Below are positions 38,778 to 48,104 of a stretch of DNA of 64,000 nucleotides, piece after piece. A model generated the notes under the pieces. It did no database searches, was not told the origin of the DNA, and was given only the letters and a program-made list of their open reading frames with translations. Origin of the DNA: Candidatus Krumholzibacteriota bacterium (GTDB taxonomy: Bacteria > Krumholzibacteriota > Krumholzibacteriia > JAJRXK01); the NCBI GenBank assembly GCA_963727455.1, contig CAVSGG010000007.1, positions 96,001 through 160,000 on the forward strand, read 5' to 3'. Every line of letters begins with the position of its first letter. The stretch's first letter is position 1. The position numbers and the translations under genes were made by a program.

Positions 38778-41700
38778 CTTGAGCCGTGTTCCGGCTTTCC
38801 TTCGCGCGCCACATCCCGCGGTCCCCTTCAAGCGGCTCGGGCAACGCTTCTTTGCGCTTTTGAGCATCTTTGCAGTGGCCGCACTTTTGGCCGCCAACGC
38901 GCCCTCGAGTAGCTCGTCGAACCAGCTGCAGGCCCAGGAGCGCATGCACTACAAAGCCGAGCACGGACGTCGCACGCTCACTCCACGAGGCCCTGTCTTC
39001 TTCGGGGAGGGCAATGCCGAGTTCAGGCAAGGCAATCTCCACGTGACGGCCGACCGGGTCCGCTACTACGAACGTGACCGCTACATTTGGGTGGTGGGAG
39101 CCGTTCACGCAGTCACCGACTCCCTGCAACTGTGGGCCGATTCTCTACGGGTGGAGGAGACGAAGGGTGTGGGCTGGGCTTACGGCCACGTTCGTCTTCT
39201 GGGCAAGGACGGCTCGATGGGCAGCGGCGAGCGCGGGATCTACTGGCGCTATCGCAACGCCATGGCGCTGATGGGCTCGGCCAGGCTCGTCGACTCGACC
39301 ACCACCGTCGACGGCGACAGTCTCTTCTACGATCGCTCCGCGCAACGGCTCGAGGCCTACGGTTCGGTAAAGCTCGTCGACGAGGAAGCCCACACTGTGG
39401 TCACGGGGGAGCACGGTGTGTTCGACCGTGGCACTGGCTACGCCTACGTCGATTCGCTCCCGACTCTGCGCAGCCGCCATCAGAAGGGGGCGACCGCGGC
39501 CGTAAAGAGCAACTGGATGAGCTTCGACACGCAAAAGGAACACAGCAGGGCGATCGGGGATGTCCATTTTCAACAGGGACAGACCGTCGCCGACGCGGAT
39601 ACGGCGGATTTCTACGGCGATGACCTGCTGATCTTGAGGGGTTCGCCCGAAGTAAAGCAGGAAGATCAGGTGATGAACGGCTCGATCATTCGCTTCGGTT
39701 ATATCGATGGAGAGCTGCGACATATCGCCATCATCGGCCAGGCCAGTTTGATCGACTCCAGTCCGGACACCCTGAAATCACAGTTCGTGGGCATTCCATT
39801 GACCAACGAGCTGCACGGCGACAGCTTGAAAATCGAACTCCTCAATGGAGAAGTCCTGCGGACCAGCGTGAGTGGGCATGCGCAGAGCGTCTATCTGCCC
39901 GAGGATCAGAGCGATGTGATCTCGGTCAACGAAGCTCAAGGAGACTCCATCGAGATCGCGTTTTCAAACGGCCGGGTGGACCGCGTCTCCATTACCGGTG
40001 ACAGTGAGGGGAAATACCATTTCCTGGACCGCAGCCGCGTACTCCGGATTCGGGCCGAGCGGGACTCCCTCTTCCAGATGCATCGGGCGCAGCTGGACAG
40101 CTTGGCCCGGGTGGAAGGGGTGTCTTTGGACAGCTTGAAGGTGTCTTCGGAGGCGCCGGGCGGAGAAACCGAGGAGGGTTTGGTGGATTTTTCGAAGCTG
40201 GCGGACACCGTCGGTTACTCGGGAGATTCGACCACCTTCAGGGTGCCCAAGGGGCGCATCAACATCCAGGGCACCGCGCTCGTCAGCCACCAGGATCTCA
40301 CGCTGACCGCCAAGAACATCGACTTCGATACCAACGAGAGGGAGCTGATCGCCGAGGGAGAACCCATGATCATCGACACGAGCAGCAAACTCGTGGGCGA
40401 CGAGATGGGCTACCTCTTCGATTACAAGACGGGCGCGGTGAAGAATGGGATCACGCGTTATGACGATGGTTTCTACTACGGCCGTCATGTGCGCCGGGTG
40501 AACGACGAAACACTCTTGGTGCGCGGAGGGATGTTTACTTCGTGCGATCTTGAACATCCCCATTATCACTTCTCGGCCAAGAAGATGAAGGTGAAGATCG
40601 GCAAGAGCGTGGTGGCGCGGCAGGTCACCTTCTACGTCAGCGACCTGCCTGTCTTCGCCTTTCCCTTCTTCTTCAAGAAGATCGACAAGGGCCGTCACTC
40701 CGGAATCATGTTTCCCAACGTGAACCTGGGAGTGAGTGGCCGCGAAGGCCGTTACATTCGGGACCTTGGCTACTACTGGGCTACCAACGAGTACACCGAC
40801 TTTACCTTCAAGGGTGCCTTCAACGAACGGCAGGATCTGTCGCTTCAGATCCGAAATCGTTACAACGTGCGCTACAAGTTCAGCGGGGACGTGGAATTCA
40901 CCTGGACGACGACTTTGAAGGAGAACCAGAAGGGCAAGGAATGGAAATTCCTCGCCAACCATCGTCAACCCGAACTCTTCGACGCCTGGAGTTTGACGAC
41001 GAACGTAAACCTCACCTCCAACACCATCACGAACATCGATCCCATCACCGGCAATTCGGCCGATCTCTTGCCCACCGAGCTGCGCAGCAATTTGAGCATG
41101 AGCCGCGGTTTCGAGTCCGGGGCACGGCTGAACCTCTCCGGTACGCGCACCCAATACGTGAACGCAGAGGACAGCGATCTCACCACCGACCACCTTATCT
41201 ATCGCCAGACCCTTCCCAGCGTCAGCCTGAGCTTCAAGAGCCGACCGCTCTTGGGGCCGGCGAAACGACGCGGCGAGGGAAGCGCCCCGGCCCAAGTCCT
41301 GAGGGACATGACCTTCAGCCAGAGCTATCGCGGCGACCTTCAGCGCGAGCGGCGCGAGATCGGCCGCGTGGACGAGATCAATGCCTCGGGGAATTGGGGA
41401 CTGAGCTACAATCCGCAGTACCGTCTGGGGCCGTTCAACTTCACCTCCTCGGGCAGCTTCGCGGAGAGCTACCAACGGCGCAAAACTTTCTCGCAGAGTT
41501 ACGTGGCGCGCGCGGACACTCTCAAAGACAGCAATGGCAATCCCATTCTGGACGGCAATGGCAACGTGCAGGTCCAAGAGCTCTACGATCTCGTCTCCGA
41601 AACGGACAAGATCGATGAGGGCAGCACGCCGAGTTTATCCTGGCGCAACTCCCTGAGCACGAATCTCTACGGAATTTTCAATACCCACATCGGCGCGCTG

Positions 41701-42648
41701 CGCGGAATCAAGCACAAGCTCTCGCTCGCTTTCAGCCACTCCTGGCGCCCGCAACTCGGAGATCAACAGAGCGCGAGTCAGAGCATCGGGATTCGCGTGG
41801 GGAACGAACTCAGTTTCAAGTACGCGGCGGGTTCCAGCTCTTCTTCGAAAAGCGCGGGAACGAGCAGGGCCAGCGCCGACACGCTCGATTCCGAGAGTGC
41901 TTCCCGCGAGGAAGACGGTACGGAAAAGGAGGAGATTCGTAAGCTTGAGCGATTGCTCACCTGGGATCTCTCGACCAACTACCGACCCGACGATCCCGCC
42001 GGTCAGAACTGGGACAACATCGGTTCCACCGTGCGTCTCAGTCCGGGCTTCACCCGCGCCATCGACTTCACCATGAACCAGTCCCTCGACCCCTATCGCT
42101 TCCAAGTGCTCTCCACCACCGTGAGCACAAATCTGCGTCTCGATGGCAAGATGGATTTCGGCGGCTTGTTTCTGGAGCGAAAGGAACCCAAGAACGCGGT
42201 GGTCGAGCGCATCGGAGAGCCGGCGGATACTCTGGCAACCACGCAGGAAGATGAGGCGAGTTGGTACGGGCAAATTGGAGGCAACCAGCTCCAACGAAGC
42301 AGCAACGACAACACGATGCCGTGGAACTTCAACGCGCGCGCCAGCATCACCAACGGCAAGGACAGTCCCACTCGCGCCACCATCTCCACCCGGATGAGCG
42401 CCATTCTTCCCATTTCCTGGAATCTGGATTACTCGGCCAACTTCGACGTCGAGACGGGGAACTTCACCAACCAGAGCTACAGCCTCAGCCGTGACATCCA
42501 CCAGTGGCGAATCGAATTCCGTCGCTCGCTCACCAATTCCTCCGACTTCTCCTTCCGGATCTACCTCAAGAGCATTCCCGATTTGAAGATCCAGCGGGGC
42601 AACCAAAGTCTCGGGGGCTACTTCGGGCGGCAGCTGGGGGCCTTCTAG
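38758..42648 (+). CDS. lptD: Putative LPS-assembly protein LptD with a greatly extended OstA/LptA-like N-terminus
   Basis: Signal peptide; repeated xDSLxY / AxGxV beta-jellyroll motifs; FTSCDLEHPHYHF; HSGIMFP; GYYWATNEY; C-terminal LSRDIHQW...FRIYLKSIPDLK. Start uncertain. Confidence 0.8.
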   Translation: MGRWSPDLSRVPAFLRAPHPAVPFKRLGQRFFALLSIFAVAALLAANAPSSSSSNQLQAQERMHYKAEHGRRTLTPRGPVFFGEGNAEFRQGNLHVTADRVRYYERDRYIWVVGAVHAVTDSLQLWADSLRVEETKGVGWAYGHVRLLGKDGSMGSGERGIYWRYRNAMALMGSARLVDSTTTVDGDSLFYDRSAQRLEAYGSVKLVDEEAHTVVTGEHGVFDRGTGYAYVDSLPTLRSRHQKGATAAVKSNWMSFDTQKEHSRAIGDVHFQQGQTVADADTADFYGDDLLILRGSPEVKQEDQVMNGSIIRFGYIDGELRHIAIIGQASLIDSSPDTLKSQFVGIPLTNELHGDSLKIELLNGEVLRTSVSGHAQSVYLPEDQSDVISVNEAQGDSIEIAFSNGRVDRVSITGDSEGKYHFLDRSRVLRIRAERDSLFQMHRAQLDSLARVEGVSLDSLKVSSEAPGGETEEGLVDFSKLADTVGYSGDSTTFRVPKGRINIQGTALVSHQDLTLTAKNIDFDTNERELIAEGEPMIIDTSSKLVGDEMGYLFDYKTGAVKNGITRYDDGFYYGRHVRRVNDETLLVRGGMFTSCDLEHPHYHFSAKKMKVKIGKSVVARQVTFYVSDLPVFAFPFFFKKIDKGRHSGIMFPNVNLGVSGREGRYIRDLGYYWATNEYTDFTFKGAFNERQDLSLQIRNRYNVRYKFSGDVEFTWTTTLKENQKGKEWKFLANHRQPELFDAWSLTTNVNLTSNTITNIDPITGNSADLLPTELRSNLSMSRGFESGARLNLSGTRTQYVNAEDSDLTTDHLIYRQTLPSVSLSFKSRPLLGPAKRRGEGSAPAQVLRDMTFSQSYRGDLQRERREIGRVDEINASGNWGLSYNPQYRLGPFNFTSSGSFAESYQRRKTFSQSYVARADTLKDSNGNPILDGNGNVQVQELYDLVSETDKIDEGSTPSLSWRNSLSTNLYGIFNTHIGALRGIKHKLSLAFSHSWRPQLGDQQSASQSIGIRVGNELSFKYAAGSSSSSKSAGTSRASADTLDSESASREEDGTEKEEIRKLERLLTWDLSTNYRPDDPAGQNWDNIGSTVRLSPGFTRAIDFTMNQSLDPYRFQVLSTTVSTNLRLDGKMDFGGLFLERKEPKNAVVERIGEPADTLATTQEDEASWYGQIGGNQLQRSSNDNTMPWNFNARASITNGKDSPTRATISTRMSAILPISWNLDYSANFDVETGNFTNQSYSLSRDIHQWRIEFRRSLTNSSDFSFRIYLKSIPDLKIQRGNQSLGGYFGRQLGAF

Positions 42649-42837
42649 CAGCCGAGCCGTCGGCTGCGGCCCGCCACTCAGACGCAAGCTCTTAGGCTGA
42701 CCGGTGGGTATCGCCGCTCTGGTTCGGAGCGTTCGCCCGATTCGAGAGCCGCGGAAAATCGGCACATTTTCGACATTTTGCGTTGACAGGACGCCTGGAT
42801 AGGGTCTATTGGGAACTCAAGAAAGGAGGTCTGTCCC

Positions 42838-43137
42838 ATGAACAAGACCGAATTGACCGCAAAACTCGCGACGAGGTCCGATCTCTCCGGCCGTCAGGCC
42901 AAGGCGATCATCGACATGATTTTCGATACCGATCCCAAGAAGGGGATCATCGCCTCTGAGCTGACTCGGGGCCGCAAGGTCCAGATCACGGGTTTTGGCA
43001 CCTTCGAGAGCCGCAAGCGGAAGAAGAGAATGGGCCGCAACCCGCAGACGGGTGACACCATCTCCATTCCCGCGAGCCGGGTACCCGCTTTCAGCGCGGG
43101 TCGTGCTCTGAAGGACCACGTGAACAAGAGGAAGTAA
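42838..43137 (+). CDS. hup: HU family DNA-binding protein
   Basis: MNKTEL...VQITGFGTFE..RMGRNPQTG..PAFSAGRALKD; strong AAGGAGG RBS. Confidence 0.93.
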   Translation: MNKTELTAKLATRSDLSGRQAKAIIDMIFDTDPKKGIIASELTRGRKVQITGFGTFESRKRKKRMGRNPQTGDTISIPASRVPAFSAGRALKDHVNKRK

Positions 43138-43186
43138 TCCATCACGCGGTCTTGGATCGGCCCTTTCTGCCCCAGGTCCAATTCCT

Positions 43187-43225
43187 GACGGAGCCCCCGC
43201 TGTCGGTGGGGGCTCCGTCCGTTTT
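43187..43225 (+). terminator. Intrinsic terminator after hup
   Basis: GACGGAGCCCCCGC-TGTCG-GTGGGGGCTCCGTC followed by CGTTTT. Confidence 0.8.
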
Positions 43226-43301
43226 GGAACCACAGCTCCTTCTCGCGCATTGAACCAGGGGGCGCCTGTCTCCTCACTGGAAGGGCGATTTCAGGCCAAG
43301 A

Positions 43302-43331
43302 TTGCGGCATCCACGCAACTCTTGGTATTAT
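43302..43331 (+). promoter_or_regulatory. Putative sigma70 promoter of the selenoprotein gene
   Basis: TTGCGG-18 nt-TATTAT with extended -10 TGn. Confidence 0.45.
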
Positions 43332-43386
43332 AGTGCTTCGTCTGCCGGAAACCGGGCCAATTCGTCGATCCGTTTGGAGGTCGAAG

Positions 43387-44745
43387 ATGCATCGAGTCAC
43401 CCTGCGAGCAACGAGTTTCCTCGTTGCACTCGCCGCGGCTCTCGGACTGTGGACGCGCATGCCCGCGTCGCAGGCCGAGGATCTGGTCGATCTGACCATT
43501 ACTTTCGAAGGGGCGGTCCATGGTGAAATCGCCCCTTGTGGGTGAAAACACAAGCCGCTAGGTGGGTTGGCCCGGAGGGCCGCCATATTTCAGGACATCG
43601 CCAAGAACCACAAGAACGTGCTCCATCTCGACGCGGGGAACATGTACGGCCGCCGTACGGACGCCGCACGGGCCCAGACCGAGTTCCTACTGCAGCACGT
43701 GGCCAAGCTGGATTATCCGGTGCTCCCGGTGGGACAGTGGGATTTGAACTACGGTCTCGACTTTCTGAAGGAGCAGGCCGCCAAATACAATTTCCACTAC
43801 ATCTCGGCCAACTTGAAGGGTGGGGAGAATGGAAAGCTCCTCTTCGATCCCTATGCGGTGGTGAAGAGAGGCGGACTGCGAATCGGCGTCATCTCGGTGA
43901 TCGGGCCGAGCTACGTCATCACCACCATGTCGGCCAAGGTGGACAAGTTCGTAATCGACTCTCCTCGCGACGCTCTCGAGAAGTATCTACCCGAGCTGCG
44001 GAAGAAGAGCGATCTCATCGTCTTGCTCTCCGGGGCGACCACCCGGGACACGCGCGAACTGTTGACCGATCTGGGCACTGACTCCGGGATCGACATCTGT
44101 GTAGAGGGTGCCGATCTGCGCCAATACCGTCGTCTGAATCGGGTGGGAGACGTCTATCTCGTGTCCGCCAATCCGCAGGGCAAGTACCTGGGTCAGCTCG
44201 ACCTGCAGGTCACTCCCAAAGGGGACATCCAGGACGCGGTTCTGACCCTGCACGAACTGGGCAAGCAGGCGCCGGAGATCGCTGAAATCCAGACCGAAGT
44301 CGACAAGTTCCTCAAGGACAACGAGAAGTTGGCCAAGCATTCGCAGCTGAAGCCCAGTCCCGACAAGGGTCTCAAGGACGAGAAGTACTTGGGGACCACG
44401 CGCTGCAGCAACTGCCACAAGGAAATCTTCACCAAGTACCAGGAAACCGCGCACGCCAAGGCCTGGCAGACCCTGGTGGCGAAGGGACAGACCAGCAATC
44501 CCGATTGCGTGGGCTGTCACGTAACGGGCTGGGACTACTATAACGGCTTCGATCCGACGGTATCGACCAACGGGCAGAACATTCTTTTCAACGTGCAGTG
44601 CGAGGCCTGCCACGGTTACGGAACCATGCATGCGCGCGATGGAGAGTGGGCCGCACAGGCCAAGAAGTCCTGTACCCACTGTCATACTCCTGAGTTCGAT
44701 CCCGATTTTGACTACGACACCTATTGGGCCCGTATCGCCCACTAG
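43387..44745 (+). CDS. Secreted UshA-like selenoprotein fused to a tetraheme c554-like cytochrome (UGA at 43543 read as Sec)
   Basis: GGAGG RBS and signal peptide; HGEIAPCG-UGA-KHKPLGGLARRA is in frame with ORF 43567..44745; LDAGN metallophosphoesterase-like motif; four CxxCH (CSNCH, CVGCH, CEACH, CTHCH). Confidence 0.85.
43546..43585 (+). promoter_or_regulatory. Putative bacterial SECIS element
   Basis: Hairpin GGCCC-GGA-GGGCC (43569-43581), extendable by TGG/CCA; G-rich apical loop 28 nt after the UGA. Confidence 0.65.
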
Positions 44746-44770
44746 GAGTCGTTTGCTCGTTCCCCATGCT

Positions 44771-44804
44771 GCGCCCGGAGGCTCTACCCTCCGGGCGTTC
44801 GCGT
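44771..44804 (+). terminator. Probable terminator hairpin
   Basis: GCGCCCGGAGG-CTCTAC-CCTCCGGGCGT then TCGCGT (weak U tail). Confidence 0.6.
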
Positions 44805-44815
44805 AGACTGCAAGG

Positions 44816-45586
44816 TTGAAGATGTTGCGCTGGCTCCTCTTGGCTCTCTTCGTCTTGGTCGGTCCCGTCAGCTCACGGGCACAGGAGGTCTTTTCTTGGT
44901 GGCATCGCGGGCTGCTCGAATTCGATCTCACCGCGGGTTCGTGGGCGGAGTTTTCGCGCACCGAGACATCCGAGGGTCAACAGACGAAAGAGAAACTGCG
45001 TTGCGAGGTCCTCGCGCGCACCGAGCAAGGAGAGCACTGGATCAAACTGAGATTTCTGGATGAAGAGGAGTCTTACGTTCTACTCGTAGCCCCTTTGGAT
45101 TCCTTGCGGCAGGGAGATCTGCTGCAGGGGCTGCATCGCGTGTTCAAACTCTTGCCCGCCGGCGCGGTCGAGGAGGAAGACCTGGAACGGGTGCGCAACA
45201 ACCGCCTCTTGAGCCGCCATTTCAAGGACCTCTTCGAGAACCCCAGCGTGGAACGTGAGGCTTTGCCCGACACCACCATCGGCGAACAGACGATTTCCCG
45301 CGAGCGAGTGCGGCTCGACGAAGTGCGGGAGGTGAAGGTGAAGATGGGACGCAGCGACATGATCTATCGCAACGAGGCGGTGGCGGTCGCCCAGATTTCG
45401 CCCGCCGTTCCGATCTTCGGCCTCCTGCGCTCGAAGGTGAACACTTCGCTCGCTCCCGCGAATCCGCAAAGGAACAGCCCTCCGCCGCTTCTGACCGAGG
45501 AGGAGCTGGTGTGTGTGGCCTTCGGAAGAAAGTCCACGCCCAGCGGCCTTCCCCCCGAGGTCCAAGAACTCCTGCATTCTCGCTAG
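44816..45586 (+). CDS. Hypothetical secreted protein
   Basis: Signal peptide (MLRWLLLALFVLVGPVSSRA); no recognised motif. Confidence 0.65.
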   Translation: MKMLRWLLLALFVLVGPVSSRAQEVFSWWHRGLLEFDLTAGSWAEFSRTETSEGQQTKEKLRCEVLARTEQGEHWIKLRFLDEEESYVLLVAPLDSLRQGDLLQGLHRVFKLLPAGAVEEEDLERVRNNRLLSRHFKDLFENPSVEREALPDTTIGEQTISRERVRLDEVREVKVKMGRSDMIYRNEAVAVAQISPAVPIFGLLRSKVNTSLAPANPQRNSPPPLLTEEELVCVAFGRKSTPSGLPPEVQELLHSR

Positions 45587-45690
45587 CATCGCCACCGAAT
45601 GGCACCCGCCAAGCCGGAGACCACCTGATGGCCGGTTTGTGCTAAAATCAAGCGAGATATCGCCCCATTTGGACTGCATCGGAGCCTTCG

Positions 45691-46518
45691 GTGGACACTC
45701 ACACCCCACTGCGCGAGGAGAACTTGGAGAGTCTCAGAAGTCGCGCGCACGAGTACTTCATGACGGTCAACCGCCCGGTCGGCAGCGAGGAATTGGCCAA
45801 GGTCCTGTTCAAGCCGCAGATGGACGAGTCTGTCTCACCGCTCTTGGTGCGCACCCTCCTTTCCCGCGACCGCCGTTTCAGTGAATCTTCACGCGGACTC
45901 TGGGAACTCAGCTCCTCACCCTACCGCCATCTTCGTCTGCAGGACGCGGCGTTCGCGGTGGTCGATCTCGAGGCCACCGGTAGCCGACTGGGAGTCGACC
46001 GCATCATCGAAGTGGCGGTGGTACGAGTCGACCACGGCTGTGTGCGTCGCAGCTTCAACACGCTGGTGAATCCCCTGCAGCCGGTGCCGCACTGGATCCA
46101 GGGCTTGACTGGCATCAAGGACTCGATGTTGCAGGACGCGCCTCGTTTTCATCAGGTCGCGCCAAGGGTTTTGGAGTTGCTCAAAGGTAGCGTGTTCGTC
46201 GCACACAACGTCGACTTCGATTATCCCTTCCTGAGACGACAGGTGAGGGAGTCCGGACACCGACCACATCCCTGGCCACAGCTCTGCACGGTTCGGCTCT
46301 CGCGCAGGATGCATCCTGAATGGGGCGCCTTTCGCTTGGGCGCGGTGGCGCGACGTCTGGAGGTCCCCCTCAAGCGGCATCACCGCGCCATCGCCGACGC
46401 CACCGCGACGGCCCAGGTCCTTTTGCGGGAGCTGAAGGAGCTCCAGCACCAGGGCATCGGCACGGTGGGGGAGGTCCTGGCCTTCGCGCGCTCGGCGCCC
46501 GCTCCAGCCGAAGACTGA
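45691..46518 (+). CDS. DEDDh 3'-5' exonuclease (DnaQ/PolC epsilon-like)
   Basis: VVDLEATG, FVAHNVDFD, LCTVRLSR, HHRAIADA. Confidence 0.9.
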   Translation: MDTHTPLREENLESLRSRAHEYFMTVNRPVGSEELAKVLFKPQMDESVSPLLVRTLLSRDRRFSESSRGLWELSSSPYRHLRLQDAAFAVVDLEATGSRLGVDRIIEVAVVRVDHGCVRRSFNTLVNPLQPVPHWIQGLTGIKDSMLQDAPRFHQVAPRVLELLKGSVFVAHNVDFDYPFLRRQVRESGHRPHPWPQLCTVRLSRRMHPEWGAFRLGAVARRLEVPLKRHHRAIADATATAQVLLRELKELQHQGIGTVGEVLAFARSAPAPAED

Positions 46519-46566
46519 AGTTCTTTTGTTCGAACAGATTAGCGCTGCATTTCGGGCCGGGCTGGC

Positions 46567-46596
46567 TTGACGGAGATAGGCCTCAAGTGGTAGCTT
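46567..46596 (+). promoter_or_regulatory. Putative sigma70 promoter of the cystathionine operon
   Basis: TTGACG-18 nt-TAGCTT with extended -10 TGn. Confidence 0.55.
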
Positions 46597-46703
46597 CCCG
46601 CGGATTCATTCGACTAAGCCTTGGGCTCTACAGGATTCCATCGGCCATTCCCTGGCGCGGATTCCCTGCTCGAAAGGAGGCGAGGGCAGCCTGCCCCAAG
46701 CCC

Positions 46704-48101
46704 ATGAATGTTCCTAAGGACGCTTTCATTCCCCCGGTCCTCGAAGACGTCACCGAGGCCATCGGGAACACCCCCCTGGTGCGGCTGCGCAAGATGCCCG
46801 ACCCCAAGGGCGCGCGGGTGTACGCGAAGATGGAAATGCTCAATCCCGGCGGAAGCGTGAAAGACCGCATCGGGGCCTCGATGCTGGACGCAGCAGAGGA
46901 GCAGGGTCTTCTGCGTCCCGGCGGTACGGTCGTCGAATGTACCAGCGGCAACACAGGGATGGGTCTGGCGCTCTCCTGCGCGGTGCGCGGTTATCGCCTC
47001 ATCTGTACCATGCCCGACAAGATGAGCAAGGAGAAGATCAGCCTGCTGCGCGCGATGGGCGCCGAAGTCATCGTCACCCCCAGTAACGTGGCTCCCGACC
47101 ATCCCGAAAGCTATTACTCCATCGCCCGAAGCATCGCCGAGAGTACGGACAACTGTGTGTGGACCAATCAGTATTTCAACGACGCGAATCCTCGTGCCCA
47201 CTACAGCAGCACGGGGCCGGAGCTGTGGGCGCAGACCGAGGGCAAGATCTCCGCGTTCGTGGCCGGGATGGGCACCTGCGGCACGATCAGTGGCACGGGA
47301 CGATACCTCAAGGAACAGAACCCGCAGGTACGCATCGTCGGTGTCGATCCCGAGGGGAGCATTCTCAAGCATTGGTTCGACACGGGCGAGACCGGCGAGG
47401 CGCAGCCCTACAAGGTCGAGGGGATCGGCGAGGACATCGTCCCCAGCGTCTTCTATCGCGATGCGGTGGATGAAGTGCGTAGTGTGAACGACGAAACCTC
47501 GTTTCTCATCACCCGGCGCTTGGTCAAGGAGGAAGGGATCTTCGCCGGAGGTTCCTGCGGTTCGGCGGTCGCAATCGCCCTGGACGTGGCGCGCGAGATG
47601 AAGCCCGATCAGATGGTGGTCGTCCTTCTGCCCGATTCGGGTTCGAAGTATGTGTCGAAGATTTTCAACGACGACTGGATGCGGGAGAACCGCTTCCTCT
47701 CACCTTCCCTGGCCACGGTGAGCGACGTACTGCACCGCGGGGGGAGACCGCTGAAGACCCTTCTCACCGTCGAGTGGGATGCCACCGTGCGAGATGCCAT
47801 CGATCTAATGCGGCTGAACGAAGTGAGTCAACTGCCCGTCATGAGGCATGGCGAGCCGGTGGGGCGCGTTACCGACAGCCGGCTCATGGCCGCGGTCCTG
47901 GACGATCCGTCGTGCATGGACCAAGGCCTCGGCAAGCTGCAAGAGCCGCCGCTACTGCGTGTGGAAGGCGCGCGACGCATGAGCGAAATCCTCGCCACTC
48001 TCAGCGGGAAGGACGCCGCGGTTCTGGTGGAAGAACACGGCCACGTGGCGGGGATCATCACCCGCTACGATCTCATCGACTTCGTCCAGGAGGGACACTA
48101 G
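46704..48101 (+). CDS. cbs: Cystathionine beta-synthase with a C-terminal CBS domain pair
   Basis: IGNTPLV, NPGGSVKDRIG, TSGNTG, GMGTCGT, YKVEGIGED, PDSGSKY; C-terminal CBS repeats. Confidence 0.9.
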   Translation: MNVPKDAFIPPVLEDVTEAIGNTPLVRLRKMPDPKGARVYAKMEMLNPGGSVKDRIGASMLDAAEEQGLLRPGGTVVECTSGNTGMGLALSCAVRGYRLICTMPDKMSKEKISLLRAMGAEVIVTPSNVAPDHPESYYSIARSIAESTDNCVWTNQYFNDANPRAHYSSTGPELWAQTEGKISAFVAGMGTCGTISGTGRYLKEQNPQVRIVGVDPEGSILKHWFDTGETGEAQPYKVEGIGEDIVPSVFYRDAVDEVRSVNDETSFLITRRLVKEEGIFAGGSCGSAVAIALDVAREMKPDQMVVVLLPDSGSKYVSKIFNDDWMRENRFLSPSLATVSDVLHRGGRPLKTLLTVEWDATVRDAIDLMRLNEVSQLPVMRHGEPVGRVTDSRLMAAVLDDPSCMDQGLGKLQEPPLLRVEGARRMSEILATLSGKDAAVLVEEHGHVAGIITRYDLIDFVQEGH

Positions 48102-48104
48102 AAC

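Noticed and set aside
43567-44745. Stand-alone cytochrome c starting at TTG 43567
   Set aside because: No signal peptide or good RBS; it is better explained as the continuation of the upstream frame through a Sec UGA.
46600-46703. Known SAM or SAH riboswitch upstream of cbs
   Set aside because: The conserved cores (for example SAM-I AUC...GAU with a kink-turn) were not found; kept only as an unclassified structured leader.
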